From assembly GCA_051418015.1 (NCBI GenBank), contig JBPRGF010000002.1, positions 313 to 64,312 of the forward strand: a stretch of 64,000 bases of DNA, in the 5' to 3' direction. Position numbers and translations under genes: made by a program. Source of the stretch: Candidatus Nitrospinota bacterium M3_3B_026 (lineage in GTDB: Bacteria > Nitrospinota_A > UBA7883 > JBPRGF01). A model generated the notes under the pieces. That model was given only the letters and a program-made list of their open reading frames with translations, made no database searches and was not told where the DNA came from. Below, in pieces: positions 1 through 9,299 of this stretch (positions are counted from its first letter, which is position 1; each line of letters opens with the position of its first letter).

Positions 1-1
1 C

Positions 2-307
2 ACCAGGCAGGGCGCCTATGGCTGGTCTGTGAGATGTGATGAGGACCACCCTGATAACGGGGAAGTCAGGGTTGTTGAGACGCCTCATACGGTGACTTAT
101 TCCGGAACCCACGGCAACGGAAGTTTCAGCATGGAGATAGCCAATGCGCGGAACTCAGAACTGTCCGGAACCTATGACGCTGACAGTCTCAATATCCAGG
201 ACGGTTTTGTGACCTCATCAACAAACTACAATTGCGGAGTTGTCACTTTCACCCATAGCAGATCGTTTGGAGAATTTACTCGTACGAATCCACCGGCTGC
301 GCAATGA
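2..307 (+). CDS. 3' end of a secreted/lipoprotein-family paralog (5' end outside window)
   Basis: The frame is open from nt 2, before the listed Met at 29. The C-terminal segment 'YSGTHGNGSFSM...SGTYDADSL' shares a motif with the C-termini of the 324-1742 and 2289-2795 proteins. Confidence 0.5.
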   Translation, partial: TRQGAYGWSVRCDEDHPDNGEVRVVETPHTVTYSGTHGNGSFSMEIANARNSELSGTYDADSLNIQDGFVTSSTNYNCGVVTFTHSRSFGEFTRTNPPAAQ

Positions 308-323
308 TAGAGAGGCATAAGTC

Positions 324-1742
324 GTGAGAAAGTTCATTTTCCCGAAGCTCAACGCCGTTATGGCCCTTGTCTTCCTTTTCCAGCTCGCCTCCTGCGGCGG
401 CGGTGGCGGCGGGGGAGGCTCCTCCAGCACGAAAATGGGAAGCATGTTGGAGGAGCAAAATAACAAGGCGGAAAAATATTTCAGCAAAATGAGCGAGGCC
501 GCGCAGACCGCGGCTCAGGTGGAAGAGTGGATAGCCACCGTCGACCCCTCCGACACGACCTCCACGGAAGCGATAAAACGAACCGTCGAGGACTACCTGT
601 CTCCCCTGGTGGAAGAGGCCTACACAGCAGGTCAGGGCGTTTTCCAGGCCGAGGAGGGCATCCAGGGCTCCATATCGGCAAGGCAGAGAGGTGAGGCGCC
701 CTGCGGGCCGAACCCGGAAGTCCAGGCGGCGATTACGGGCGCTGTTATATTGACGGCGTGCGTCACCGCCCTTAGCGCGGCGGCGTTTACCGTCTCATTG
801 AACGACAACATGAAAAATTTCAAGGAGGCCCTCAAAGCCTGCGGAGACCAGCACAACGCGAATCTCGACAGCATACCCGCGGGAGTTTCCGGCGAAAAAT
901 ACCAGGAGTTCGTCGATTATTATTGGCAAGTCTACAAAAGCTGCGTCGACAAGGCCAACTCCGACGCGAACTGGGAGGACGCCAAAGCAGGACTGAGCAC
1001 GCTCGTGAGCAACTTGGCGCCCGGCGCCGTGAGCTGGAGGACGGGAAAGGTCGCCGTCCAATCCACCTCCAGCGCTCTGGACGTCACCACCATTTACGTC
1101 ATCGGGACGGACGCGGACTCCAGCGGCCAGAGGGCGGACGCCCGGGACAACGGCGCTCCGCAGGTGTTCCTGGCCGAGACGGACTCCAACGGGGAGTTCT
1201 CGGCCCCTGAAGGAGACTGGAACATGGTCATGTTCAGCCCTGGCCAGGCAAGGTTCGGTACGGGCGATGGCCAGTCCGTGACCGTCGGCGGTGGCCAGAC
1301 GACGCGGGTAGACGCGAGAACGACATCGGCGAGCTCCGCCACGGGAGACGATCTCGCTACTTGTGACACGGGTGGCGGGGACAGCGGGGATGATGGAGGC
1401 GGTGATGGCGGCGGCGAAGAGGTCATCACATACCCAGCCACCTATGAAGGCACATTCAGCATAAACAGCGGGGGGTGTGTCAGCAGCGGCCCGATCAAGG
1501 TTATAATATACGGAAGCTACGAAAGCGGCTCCGCAACCGCCACCTCAAAGGCAACCAGCGACACATGCTATGAGCCGAGCAATCCGCAATGGTTCACCTG
1601 GAGTGGGTCGCATATTAACGGACATTTCACGCTAGACTTCGCGTCGGTACCCATCACCGGAACTTATAACGCGAACAGCATGAGCGGCTCCGGCTCGAAA
1701 ACCGGCTGGTCCATGACCTTCGAGGCTTCAAGAACGGACTGA
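324..1742 (+). CDS. Lipoprotein, 472 aa, with poly-Gly linker and an unassigned C-terminal module
   Basis: GTG start; signal peptide plus lipobox 'FQLASC' followed by GGGGGGGGSSS. The C-terminus 'WSGSHINGHFTL...TGTYNANSMSGSGS' is paralogous to its neighbours. Confidence 0.75.
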   Translation: MRKFIFPKLNAVMALVFLFQLASCGGGGGGGGSSSTKMGSMLEEQNNKAEKYFSKMSEAAQTAAQVEEWIATVDPSDTTSTEAIKRTVEDYLSPLVEEAYTAGQGVFQAEEGIQGSISARQRGEAPCGPNPEVQAAITGAVILTACVTALSAAAFTVSLNDNMKNFKEALKACGDQHNANLDSIPAGVSGEKYQEFVDYYWQVYKSCVDKANSDANWEDAKAGLSTLVSNLAPGAVSWRTGKVAVQSTSSALDVTTIYVIGTDADSSGQRADARDNGAPQVFLAETDSNGEFSAPEGDWNMVMFSPGQARFGTGDGQSVTVGGGQTTRVDARTTSASSATGDDLATCDTGGGDSGDDGGGDGGGEEVITYPATYEGTFSINSGGCVSSGPIKVIIYGSYESGSATATSKATSDTCYEPSNPQWFTWSGSHINGHFTLDFASVPITGTYNANSMSGSGSKTGWSMTFEASRTD

Positions 1743-1762
1743 AAAACGAAAGGGAACGCGAA

Positions 1763-2185
1763 ATGATATACAAGGCAAAGCTTCTCACCGCCCCACTTCT
1801 AACTCTGGCGCTGCTTATCGCCTCCTGCGGGCAGATCGAGGAGGCGCTGAGGCAGGAGGAGAAAACATGGCGGGGGACATGGAAGGTGAACTCGGTGACG
1901 CTGGACGGGGAAAGTTATCCCACCTACGCCGCCGTCTGGACGCTGAACGACAACGACTGGCGGCTTGTGACATCCGTCTGCCAGGCCCAGGGGCCGCTTT
2001 CGGCCGACGGGAGCAACCTGACGCTGACCGTGGAGTCGACCACCTGCCCGGAGACTCTGCCCGCGCCGGAGGGGCGCTCGGCCAGCGGGCCCGCGGACGT
2101 GAACGGCGACAGCATGACCTTCACGCTGCGGCACACCCTCGACGGCGTTGAGCACACGCTGGTCAGCGTCTGCAAGCGGCAATAA
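1763..2185 (+). CDS. Small lipoprotein, lipocalin-like
   Basis: Signal peptide plus lipobox 'LLIASC'; 'TWRGTWKVNSV' resembles bacterial lipocalin-like domains. AGGGA-type RBS lies just upstream. Confidence 0.7.
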   Translation: MIYKAKLLTAPLLTLALLIASCGQIEEALRQEEKTWRGTWKVNSVTLDGESYPTYAAVWTLNDNDWRLVTSVCQAQGPLSADGSNLTLTVESTTCPETLPAPEGRSASGPADVNGDSMTFTLRHTLDGVEHTLVSVCKRQ

Positions 2186-2288
2186 GTATCAGCCGCCAGC
2201 CTGCCCGGCCCGGAAAGCGCCGCCGAGCCCTTTTATCTGGTAAAATTCCCAGAACAAAACACGCGGCGCTATACGAACCATCGGGGAG

Positions 2289-2795
2289 GTGTCCATGAGA
2301 AGGCTGATCGTACCGATCGCGGCGCTGGGGCTGGTATTCACCATCGCGTGCGGCTCTTCCGGAGACGATGGGTCTTCGGACGGCTCCTCCGAAACCGTCT
2401 ACACCGGCGCCATCACGCAAACCTTCACCGCCGGGACGGGAGGGGCAAGGAACCAGAGCCTGACATGCGTGTTCGAAGGCGGCGCCATGACGCTCACTCT
2501 CCACGCCGACGGGACGATAACCGGCTCGAGCGGCGGAGGGGAGTCTGCTTCCGCGGCATGCCAGTACGTAAGCGAGGCGGCGGAGGCGGAATGGAGTGGG
2601 ACGTTCGAAAATGGCGAGTTCACGGTCCAGGCAAGCGGCTCCGGGGTTTACGCCGTCTTCGAGGCCTCGGCCTCGGGAACGTACGACGAGGACAGCCTCA
2701 CCGGCTCCGGAAGCGGCTCGGTCACCGTCACGACGCCTTCGGGGGCCGCGCAAAGCTTCACCGCCACATACTCTTTTACCCTGACGGCGGCGTAG
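2289..2795 (+). CDS. Lipoprotein, 168 aa, same C-terminal module family
   Basis: Lipobox 'FTIACG'; 'WSGTFENGEFTV...SGTYDEDSLTGSGS' matches the 324-1742 C-terminus. GGGGAGG RBS upstream. Confidence 0.7.
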   Translation: MSMRRLIVPIAALGLVFTIACGSSGDDGSSDGSSETVYTGAITQTFTAGTGGARNQSLTCVFEGGAMTLTLHADGTITGSSGGGESASAACQYVSEAAEAEWSGTFENGEFTVQASGSGVYAVFEASASGTYDEDSLTGSGSGSVTVTTPSGAAQSFTATYSFTLTAA

Positions 2796-2819
2796 CGCTA
2801 AAGGCCCGTTCGGGCTCGA

Positions 2820-4463
2820 TCAGTCGAGTTCGAGCTGCTTTTTAAGCTCGCGCTTCAAAACCTTGCCGATGATCGTCTTCGGGAGGCTGTCTCGAAAAAA
2901 CACCTCCTTCGGCGCCTTGTAGGAGGCGATGTTCTTCTTGACCTCGGCGATGATTTCTTTCTCGGTCAGCCTGCGCCCCGGCTCCGGGACGACCGCCGCC
3001 ACGACCTTCTCGCCGAAGTATTCGTCCCTCACGCCGACGACCGCCGCCTCCGCCACGCCTTCGATCCCGAGGATGACCTCCTCGACCTCCTTCGGATAGA
3101 CGTTGAACCCGCCGGTGATTATCATCTCCTTCTTCCGGTCCATCAGGTAGACGAACCCGTCCTCGTAGGCGTAGCCCATGTCGCCCGTGAAAAGCCATCC
3201 ACCCTTCAGCGCCGTCTCCGTCTCCTCCGGTCGGTTAAGGTATCCGCGCATCACCTGCGGGCCGCGGACGATAAGCTCCCCCACCTCCCCCGGCGCGGCC
3301 TCCTCGGCCTCCTCGCCCTTCACGATAATGCTCTGGGTCCCCGGTAGCGGCAGGCCGATGGACCCCGCCCGCGCCTCGCCGGTGAGTGGGTTGCAATGTG
3401 TGACGGGGCTGGCCTCGGTCAGCCCGTAGCCTTCCACGATCACCCCGCCGGTCATCGCCTCGAACTTTCTTTTTATCTCCGGCGACAGGCTGGACGCGCC
3501 GGAGACGCAGTACTTGATCGACGAGATGTCGCGCCGCCCGGCCCGGGGGTGGTTTATTATGGCCGCATACATGGCCGGGACGCCGGGGAATATGGTCGCC
3601 CGCTCCTTTTCGATCAGCTTCATCACCCCCACCGCGTCGAACTTGGGGACAACAACCATCTTCGCCGCAAGCGACAGCGCCAGGTTCATCCCCCCCGTCA
3701 TGCCAAAGGCGTGGAAAATCGGGAGCGCAAGGATAAAAATCTCCCTCCCCTCTTCTGCGCCGATGAACCACTCCCTGCACTGCAGCGTGTTGGCCAAAAT
3801 GGCGCCATGTGTCAGAACGACCCCCTTGGCCGTGCCGGTTGTGCCGCCGGTGTACTGGTAAAGGGCCGCGTCGCCGGGCGAAACGTCGGCCGGCTCCGCC
3901 TCTTCGGAGGCGGCGTCCATGAGAGCGCGCCAGTTCATGAAAACGTCGTCCTCGCGGGGTTTGACGTGTCTTCCCTCAAGGCGCATCTTCAGCGGGAAAA
4001 GCCACGAAAGCGGCGGCGGCATGTAGTCCTCGAGCTTTATTATGACGACCTTCTCAAGCGGGGTCGACTCCAGGATCTTCTCCACCCTCGGCGCAAAAAG
4101 GTTCAGGACAACGGCCGCCTTCACTCCGGCGTCGTTGAACTGGTGTTCGATCTCCCTCTCGACGTACATGGGGTTGGTCATCACCACGACCGCGCCGAGC
4201 CGCAGGATGGCCTGGTAGGCGATCAGCGCCTGCGGGCAATTCGGCGCCACGACGGCCACGGGGTCGCCCTTTTTAACGCCCAGCCCGCGCAGGGCGTTCA
4301 TACATTTTCTAACCTGGAGGTCGAACCGGCGGTAGGTGATCCGCGTTCCGAAAAAGACCATCGCCTCGTTGTCCGGGTATTTCTCGGCCGCCTCGATCAG
4401 GAAGGACGTGGCGGGCTTGTCGGGGACGTTAACCGTTCTCGGGATTCGCGAAAGGTCCGTCAT
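2820..4463 (-). CDS. AMP-dependent acyl-CoA synthetase (long-chain fatty acid-CoA ligase type)
   Basis: AMP-binding motif 'YQYTGGTTGTAKGVVLTH'; 'GYGLTE'; C-terminal 'TIIGKVLKREL'; 547 aa. Confidence 0.9.
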   Translation of the reverse strand: MTDLSRIPRTVNVPDKPATSFLIEAAEKYPDNEAMVFFGTRITYRRFDLQVRKCMNALRGLGVKKGDPVAVVAPNCPQALIAYQAILRLGAVVVMTNPMYVEREIEHQFNDAGVKAAVVLNLFAPRVEKILESTPLEKVVIIKLEDYMPPPLSWLFPLKMRLEGRHVKPREDDVFMNWRALMDAASEEAEPADVSPGDAALYQYTGGTTGTAKGVVLTHGAILANTLQCREWFIGAEEGREIFILALPIFHAFGMTGGMNLALSLAAKMVVVPKFDAVGVMKLIEKERATIFPGVPAMYAAIINHPRAGRRDISSIKYCVSGASSLSPEIKRKFEAMTGGVIVEGYGLTEASPVTHCNPLTGEARAGSIGLPLPGTQSIIVKGEEAEEAAPGEVGELIVRGPQVMRGYLNRPEETETALKGGWLFTGDMGYAYEDGFVYLMDRKKEMIITGGFNVYPKEVEEVILGIEGVAEAAVVGVRDEYFGEKVVAAVVPEPGRRLTEKEIIAEVKKNIASYKAPKEVFFRDSLPKTIIGKVLKRELKKQLELD

Positions 4464-4484
4464 CGGGGCCGGGCTCTGCGGACT

Positions 4485-6152
4485 TTATCCGCAGGGGTCT
4501 TCTTTGTGAACGGCGCCCTGGGCGGCGCTGGTCACGGACTTCGCGTAGCGGACGAGGTATCCCGTCCTGATCTTCGGCCTCGGTTTTCTCCACTTCTTCG
4601 CCCGCGTTGAGAGCTCTTTTTTGGAGACCTTGAGCGTGATCCTTCGTTTGGGGATGTCTATCTCTATGACATCGCCGTTTTTGACCAGCGCGATCGGTCC
4701 GCCCTCGGCCGCCTCCGGGGAGACGTGGCCGATGCAGGGGCCGCGCGTGCCGCCGGAAAAGCGCCCGTCGGTGATAAGCGCGACCGACTCCGAAAGACCC
4801 ATCCCCGCTATGGCGCTGGTGGGCGCCAGCATCTCGCGCATCCCCGGCCCGCCCTTGGGCCCCTCGTAGCGGACGACCACCACGGAGCCGGGCTTGACCT
4901 TGCCGGCCATGATCCGCTCCATCGCCGCCTCCTCGGAGTTGAAGCAGACGGCCTTTCCTTTAAACCTCATCATCTTCGGCGCCACCGCGGACTGCTTGAC
5001 GACGGCGCCATCCGGGGCGAGGCTGCCTTTCAGGACGGCGATCCCTCCCTCGGGCCTGTAGGGGCTCCTGGCTTTTCGGACCACCTCCGGGTTCATGTTG
5101 AACGCGCCCGACGCGATCTTCAGAATGGACTTTCCGTTAACCGTCGGCGTGTCGTTGAGCAGGCTTTTCAATTCCTTCATCACCGCCGGTATGCCCCCGG
5201 CGTACTCCAGGTCCTCTATAAAATCCTCGCCGCCGGGGCGGATGGAGCATATCTGCGGCGTCGTCCCTCCAAGCTTGTCGAACGTGTCCAGGGGCAGCTT
5301 CACCCCCGCGTCGTGGGCGATGGCCGGGATGTGCAGCGCCGTGTTGGTGGAGCCGCCAAGGGCGAGGTCTACCCGGATGGCGTTCTCGAACGCCTCCCTA
5401 GTCATGATATCGCGGGGTTTGACGTCCTTTCGTATAAGCTCGTTGACCAGAACGCCCGACTCGAAGGCGATCCGCCTCTTCTTCGCCGACACCGCCAGCG
5501 CCGTGGCGCACCCGGTGACGCTCATGCCGATGGACTCGGCCACGCAGGCCATCGTGTTCGCCGTGTACATCCCGGAGCACGACCCCGGCCCGGGGCAGGC
5601 TTCCTTCTCCAGCGAGGTCAGCTCCTTGAGGCTCATCGTCCCGGCCTTGTATTGCCCCACCGCCTCGAAAGTGTCGCGCACGAGCGAGCGTCTTTGCATT
5701 TTATGCATCCCCGCCGCCATCGGCCCGGCGGTGACTATCACCGTGGGGATGTTCAGCCGCGCCGCGGCCATCATCATGCCGGGGGTGATCTTGTCGCAGT
5801 TGGTCAGCATCACCATCCCGTCAAAGGCGTGCGCCTCCACGACGCACTCCACGAGGTCGGCGATAAGGTCGCGGGTGGGCAGCGAATAGTGCATCCCCTT
5901 GTGGCCCATGGCGATGCCGTCGCACACGCCGGGGACGGAGGAGAGGAAGGCCTGCCCGCCGCCTGTGTGTATCCCCCTCTCTATCGCCCGCTCCAGGTCG
6001 CGGAAACCGATATGGCCGGGGATGATGTCCGAGAAACTCGATATGACCGCCACGAACGGCCGGCCCATGGAATCCTCCGTCACGCCCGTGGCATAGAGCA
6101 ACGAGCGGCTGGGGGTGTGTTCGACGCCTTTTTTAACGCGGTCGCTTCTCAT
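4485..6152 (-). CDS. ilvD: Dihydroxy-acid dehydratase
   Basis: '[13 protein letters not shown]', '[16 protein letters not shown]', and a typical 555-aa length. Confidence 0.96.
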   Translation of the reverse strand: MRSDRVKKGVEHTPSRSLLYATGVTEDSMGRPFVAVISSFSDIIPGHIGFRDLERAIERGIHTGGGQAFLSSVPGVCDGIAMGHKGMHYSLPTRDLIADLVECVVEAHAFDGMVMLTNCDKITPGMMMAAARLNIPTVIVTAGPMAAGMHKMQRRSLVRDTFEAVGQYKAGTMSLKELTSLEKEACPGPGSCSGMYTANTMACVAESIGMSVTGCATALAVSAKKRRIAFESGVLVNELIRKDVKPRDIMTREAFENAIRVDLALGGSTNTALHIPAIAHDAGVKLPLDTFDKLGGTTPQICSIRPGGEDFIEDLEYAGGIPAVMKELKSLLNDTPTVNGKSILKIASGAFNMNPEVVRKARSPYRPEGGIAVLKGSLAPDGAVVKQSAVAPKMMRFKGKAVCFNSEEAAMERIMAGKVKPGSVVVVRYEGPKGGPGMREMLAPTSAIAGMGLSESVALITDGRFSGGTRGPCIGHVSPEAAEGGPIALVKNGDVIEIDIPKRRITLKVSKKELSTRAKKWRKPRPKIRTGYLVRYAKSVTSAAQGAVHKEDPCG

Positions 6153-6339
6153 GGATAAAACCTTTCCTCGCTCTTTAACAGGGAAGGCGCCCGGCCGCCA
6201 TCGGCCGACGACAGGATGAGGTATGGTAATTCAACGCGGGACTAACGGTCAACCCGGACTTCCGGGTTCCTTGATTCTCCGATAAGGCAGGTGAAACACG
6301 AGCCGAGGCGCAATAAAACATGGTCATCACAAAAACCAT

Positions 6340-6403
6340 CCTCCCTCTTGACGGGGGAGGATTGAGGTGGGGGTGTATAATTCAATCCGGGGGAGGGGAT
6401 GGT
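6340..6403 (+). repeat. GC-rich intergenic repeat, family 1, short copy A
   Basis: 'cctccctcttgacgggggagg attgaggtgggggtg tataat' is shared with copies at 9149-9236 and 26556-26678. Confidence 0.8.
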
Positions 6404-6490
6404 AGAAACGCTTATCCGGGAATCAGGGCCGGGTTGACCGGCCTTCAAACTGGCTATAGAATTTTTTAATTCCTTGTTAGGTGTGAAACC

Positions 6491-7276
6491 ATGTCCAAAT
6501 CATTCGACCGGCTCGTCCAGATAATGGCCCGGTTGCGCGGCGAGGGCGGATGCCCCTGGGACCGCGAGCAGACCCACGAGACGCTGAAGCCATACCTCGT
6601 GGAGGAGACCTACGAGGTCCTGGACGCCATAGACTCCGGCGATCCGGAGACCATGAAAGGCGAGCTTGGCGACCTTTTGCTGCAGGTGGTCTTCCACGCC
6701 CGGATGGCCGAGGAGGATGGCGGATTCGACATCGACGGCGTGTGCAACGCCATATCCGAAAAGCTGATCCGCCGCCACCCCCACGTCTTCGCCGAGTCGG
6801 ACGCGGACACACCCCAAAAAGTCCTCGACCAATGGGAAAAGATAAAGCTGACGGAAAAAGCCCACGAATCCAGAAAATCCGTCCTCGACGGCGTGCCTAG
6901 GAGTATGCCCGCCCTGCTGCGGGCCATGCGGCTTCAGCTCAAGGCCGGCTCCGCCGGGTTCGACTGGGACAGCGCCGAGGGCGCCTTCCAGAAGGTGGAG
7001 GAGGAGCTTTCGGAGTTCTCCACCGCCTTCGCCGAAGGGAAGGCAAAAGAGATGGAGGAGGAGCTGGGGGACCTGCTTTTCGCGCTGGTGAACATGGCGC
7101 GGTTCATCGAGGTCAACCCCGAGGAGGCGCTCTCCAAGACCATAGCGAAGTTCACCGAAAGGTTCAGGCATATAGAGAGGCGGATAGAAGAATCCGGCCG
7201 GGCGATCAACGACGTGACGCTCGCGGAGATGGACAGGATGTGGGAGGAGGCGAAAACCGGCGGGGGCGGCGCGTGA
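6491..7276 (+). CDS. mazG: Nucleoside triphosphate pyrophosphohydrolase MazG
   Basis: Tandem MazG domains: 'EETYEVLDAI', 'ELGDLLLQVVFHA', and a second 'ELGDLLFALVNMAR'. Confidence 0.93.
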   Translation: MSKSFDRLVQIMARLRGEGGCPWDREQTHETLKPYLVEETYEVLDAIDSGDPETMKGELGDLLLQVVFHARMAEEDGGFDIDGVCNAISEKLIRRHPHVFAESDADTPQKVLDQWEKIKLTEKAHESRKSVLDGVPRSMPALLRAMRLQLKAGSAGFDWDSAEGAFQKVEEELSEFSTAFAEGKAKEMEEELGDLLFALVNMARFIEVNPEEALSKTIAKFTERFRHIERRIEESGRAINDVTLAEMDRMWEEAKTGGGGA

Positions 7277-7662
7277 GCGAGACGGAAGTCTACATCTATT
7301 ACGAGGATACGGACATCGGCGGGGTGGTATACTACGCCAATTACCTGCGCTATTTCGAGAGGGCGCGGACGAAAGCGATGATCGAGCGCGGCGTGGACCC
7401 GGCCGAGTGGGCGAAAAAGGGCGTGGTGTTTACCGTTGTCCGCGCCGAGGTGGACTATAAAAGCCCCGCCACCTACGGCGACACGCTGATCGTGAAAACT
7501 GGTATAAGTGATGTCAAGGGGCCGCGCCTCACGTTCACTTACGAAGTGACCGACAAAAGGGATGGGAGGCTCATCGCCCTCGGAAAAACCGGGATGGCGT
7601 GCGTCGGCGAGGGGATGCGCCCGCGCAGGATTCCGGACGAGATAGTGGAGAGGATCGCATGA
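7273..7662 (+). CDS. YbgC/4HBT-family acyl-CoA thioesterase
   Basis: 'YYEDTDIGGVVYYANYLRYFERAR' hotdog-fold motif. I prefer the GTG at 7273 (GTGA overlap with the mazG stop) over the listed Met at 7240. Confidence 0.85.
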   Translation: MSETEVYIYYEDTDIGGVVYYANYLRYFERARTKAMIERGVDPAEWAKKGVVFTVVRAEVDYKSPATYGDTLIVKTGISDVKGPRLTFTYEVTDKRDGRLIALGKTGMACVGEGMRPRRIPDEIVERIA

Positions 7663-9059
7663 AAAAAGAGGACACCGGAACACCCGGCCCGGAAATCAAC
7701 GTCGGCGGGGAGACCGGCTCCGATGACCTTGCGGAGAGGATAAGACGGCGGGTCCGGGAAAAGCTCGCCTCCGGCGTCTACAGTGAAAAAGAGGTGGAAC
7801 GGATAGCCAGCCTGCGGCCCGAGGTCCCGGAACATGACGCCACCAGGATGAGCTCCCGCCCCGCCGGGGAGGATATCCGCTCGCTGAACGAGAACTGGGA
7901 CGTGACTCTCCCCGTCGACACTGGATCCCCCCGGGGAGGACTGGCGGGGGCCATGGTCTCGCTTTACAAGAAGCTGTACAACACCCTCCTCCACCCGACC
8001 GCGAAGATCCCGCTTTCGCGGCAGGCGGAGTTCAACTCCAGCGTCACCCGCTCCATGGGCGCGCTCATGAGCGCCGTGGACGAGATCGCCGGGGACTTGG
8101 ACGACCTGCGCGCGCGCCAGGCCGGCCTGTCCAGCCGGATGACAGCCTCGGAAAAGATGGCCGACGGCGCCGCGGCGAGGATATCATCCCTGGAGGGGCG
8201 CGGCGAGACGCTCTCGGAGCGGGTGGAAAAGCTCGCCGCCTCCCTGCGCGACGTGGACAAGCAGGGAATCTTCATCAAGCGCAGGGTCGAAAAGCTTTTG
8301 GACGACATCGCCGCGCGAGCCGGGAGGGCCGGGGAAATGGCCGAGGCGGCGGCGCGAGAACGGGGGAAGCTGGAAGGGTTCGACTACACCCTCTTCGAGA
8401 ACATCCACCGTGGAACCAGGGAGGAGATAAAACGCCGCATGGGCGTCTACGCGGAATGGTTCCGCGGCGCGGACAACGTGCTGGACGCCGGATGCGGGCG
8501 GGGCGAGCTCCTTGAGATACTGCGCGAAAACGGCGTCACGGCCATGGGGGTGGATATAAACGAGGAGATGGTGGCCGAGTGCGAAAGCCGCGGGCTCGAG
8601 GTCTCGGCGGGCGACGCCATGGAATACTTAAAATCTCTGCCGGAAGGCGCCCTGGGCGGGCTCGCCGCCGTCCAGCTTATCGAACATCTGCCGATGGAGG
8701 GGATCGCGGAGTTTTTCAAGCTCGCTTACGAGAAGACGCGGCCCGGCGGCGTCGTCGCGGCGGAGACGATAAACCCGGCGTGCCTCACCACCTTCTGCGG
8801 CGCGTTCTACCTCGACATGACGCACATACGCCCCATCCACCCGCTGGCCGTACAGTTCCTGCTGGAGAGGATCGGGTTCGACGACGTGAGGATAGAGTAC
8901 CTGAACCCCTACCCCGAGGATGGCAGGCTCGCTCCTTTCCCGCTGAACCCGGCGTCGGAGATGGACCCGGAGTTCATCGTCGAATACAACAGGAACGTCG
9001 AGAAGCTAAACAACGTCCTCTACAGCCACATGGACTACGCCGTCGTGGCGAGGCGGTAG
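7659..9059 (+). CDS. Class I SAM-dependent methyltransferase with long N-terminal coiled-coil region
   Basis: SAM motif 'VLDAGCGRGELLEIL' and 'FDYTLFENIHRGTREEIKRRMGVY'. The ATG at 7659 overlaps the upstream stop (ATGA). Confidence 0.8.
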   Translation: MKKEDTGTPGPEINVGGETGSDDLAERIRRRVREKLASGVYSEKEVERIASLRPEVPEHDATRMSSRPAGEDIRSLNENWDVTLPVDTGSPRGGLAGAMVSLYKKLYNTLLHPTAKIPLSRQAEFNSSVTRSMGALMSAVDEIAGDLDDLRARQAGLSSRMTASEKMADGAAARISSLEGRGETLSERVEKLAASLRDVDKQGIFIKRRVEKLLDDIAARAGRAGEMAEAAARERGKLEGFDYTLFENIHRGTREEIKRRMGVYAEWFRGADNVLDAGCGRGELLEILRENGVTAMGVDINEEMVAECESRGLEVSAGDAMEYLKSLPEGALGGLAAVQLIEHLPMEGIAEFFKLAYEKTRPGGVVAAETINPACLTTFCGAFYLDMTHIRPIHPLAVQFLLERIGFDDVRIEYLNPYPEDGRLAPFPLNPASEMDPEFIVEYNRNVEKLNNVLYSHMDYAVVARR

Positions 9060-9148
9060 GGAGAGCCGGAAAAGACAGCGCGGCGCCTTAAGAAGCTTCC
9101 CTATTCGCCCACCGAGAACGTCCTCATCACGGGTTCGCGTTGCCCTTC

Positions 9149-9236
9149 TCCTCCCCCTTGACGGGGGAGGCTGGGTGGGGGTGTATAATATTCATACCCC
9201 ATCCCCTTAAGTCCCCTCCCTCCAGGGGAGGGGATA
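9149..9236 (+). repeat. GC-rich intergenic repeat, family 1, full copy B
   Basis: Hairpin 'cctccccc ttga cgggggagg', then 'ctgggtgggggtgtataat', then hairpin 'tcccctccc tccag gggagggga'. Confidence 0.8.
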
Positions 9237-9299
9237 CCCTTGGCGCCCTGAACTTGTTTCAGGGTCTCGCCCCTCCGGCCTTGGGACTGTCCAACAGGT

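Noticed and set aside
3396-4610. 404-aa plus-strand ORF antisense to the acyl-CoA synthetase gene.
   Set aside because: It has Arg/Gly/His/Pro-rich shadow composition, typical of the antisense frame of a high-GC gene, and the sense-strand product has clear family motifs. The same reasoning applies to 4725-6158 (antisense to ilvD), 6500-7171, 6934-7683, 10362-11054, 12127-12834 and 13021-14214.
7240-7272. Listed upstream starts that make the thioesterase (7240) and methyltransferase (7599) overlap the preceding genes by 37-64 nt.
   Set aside because: The extensions encode Gly/Arg-rich peptides. GTG 7273 and ATG 7659 give the 4-nt stop-start overlaps seen repeatedly elsewhere in this window.
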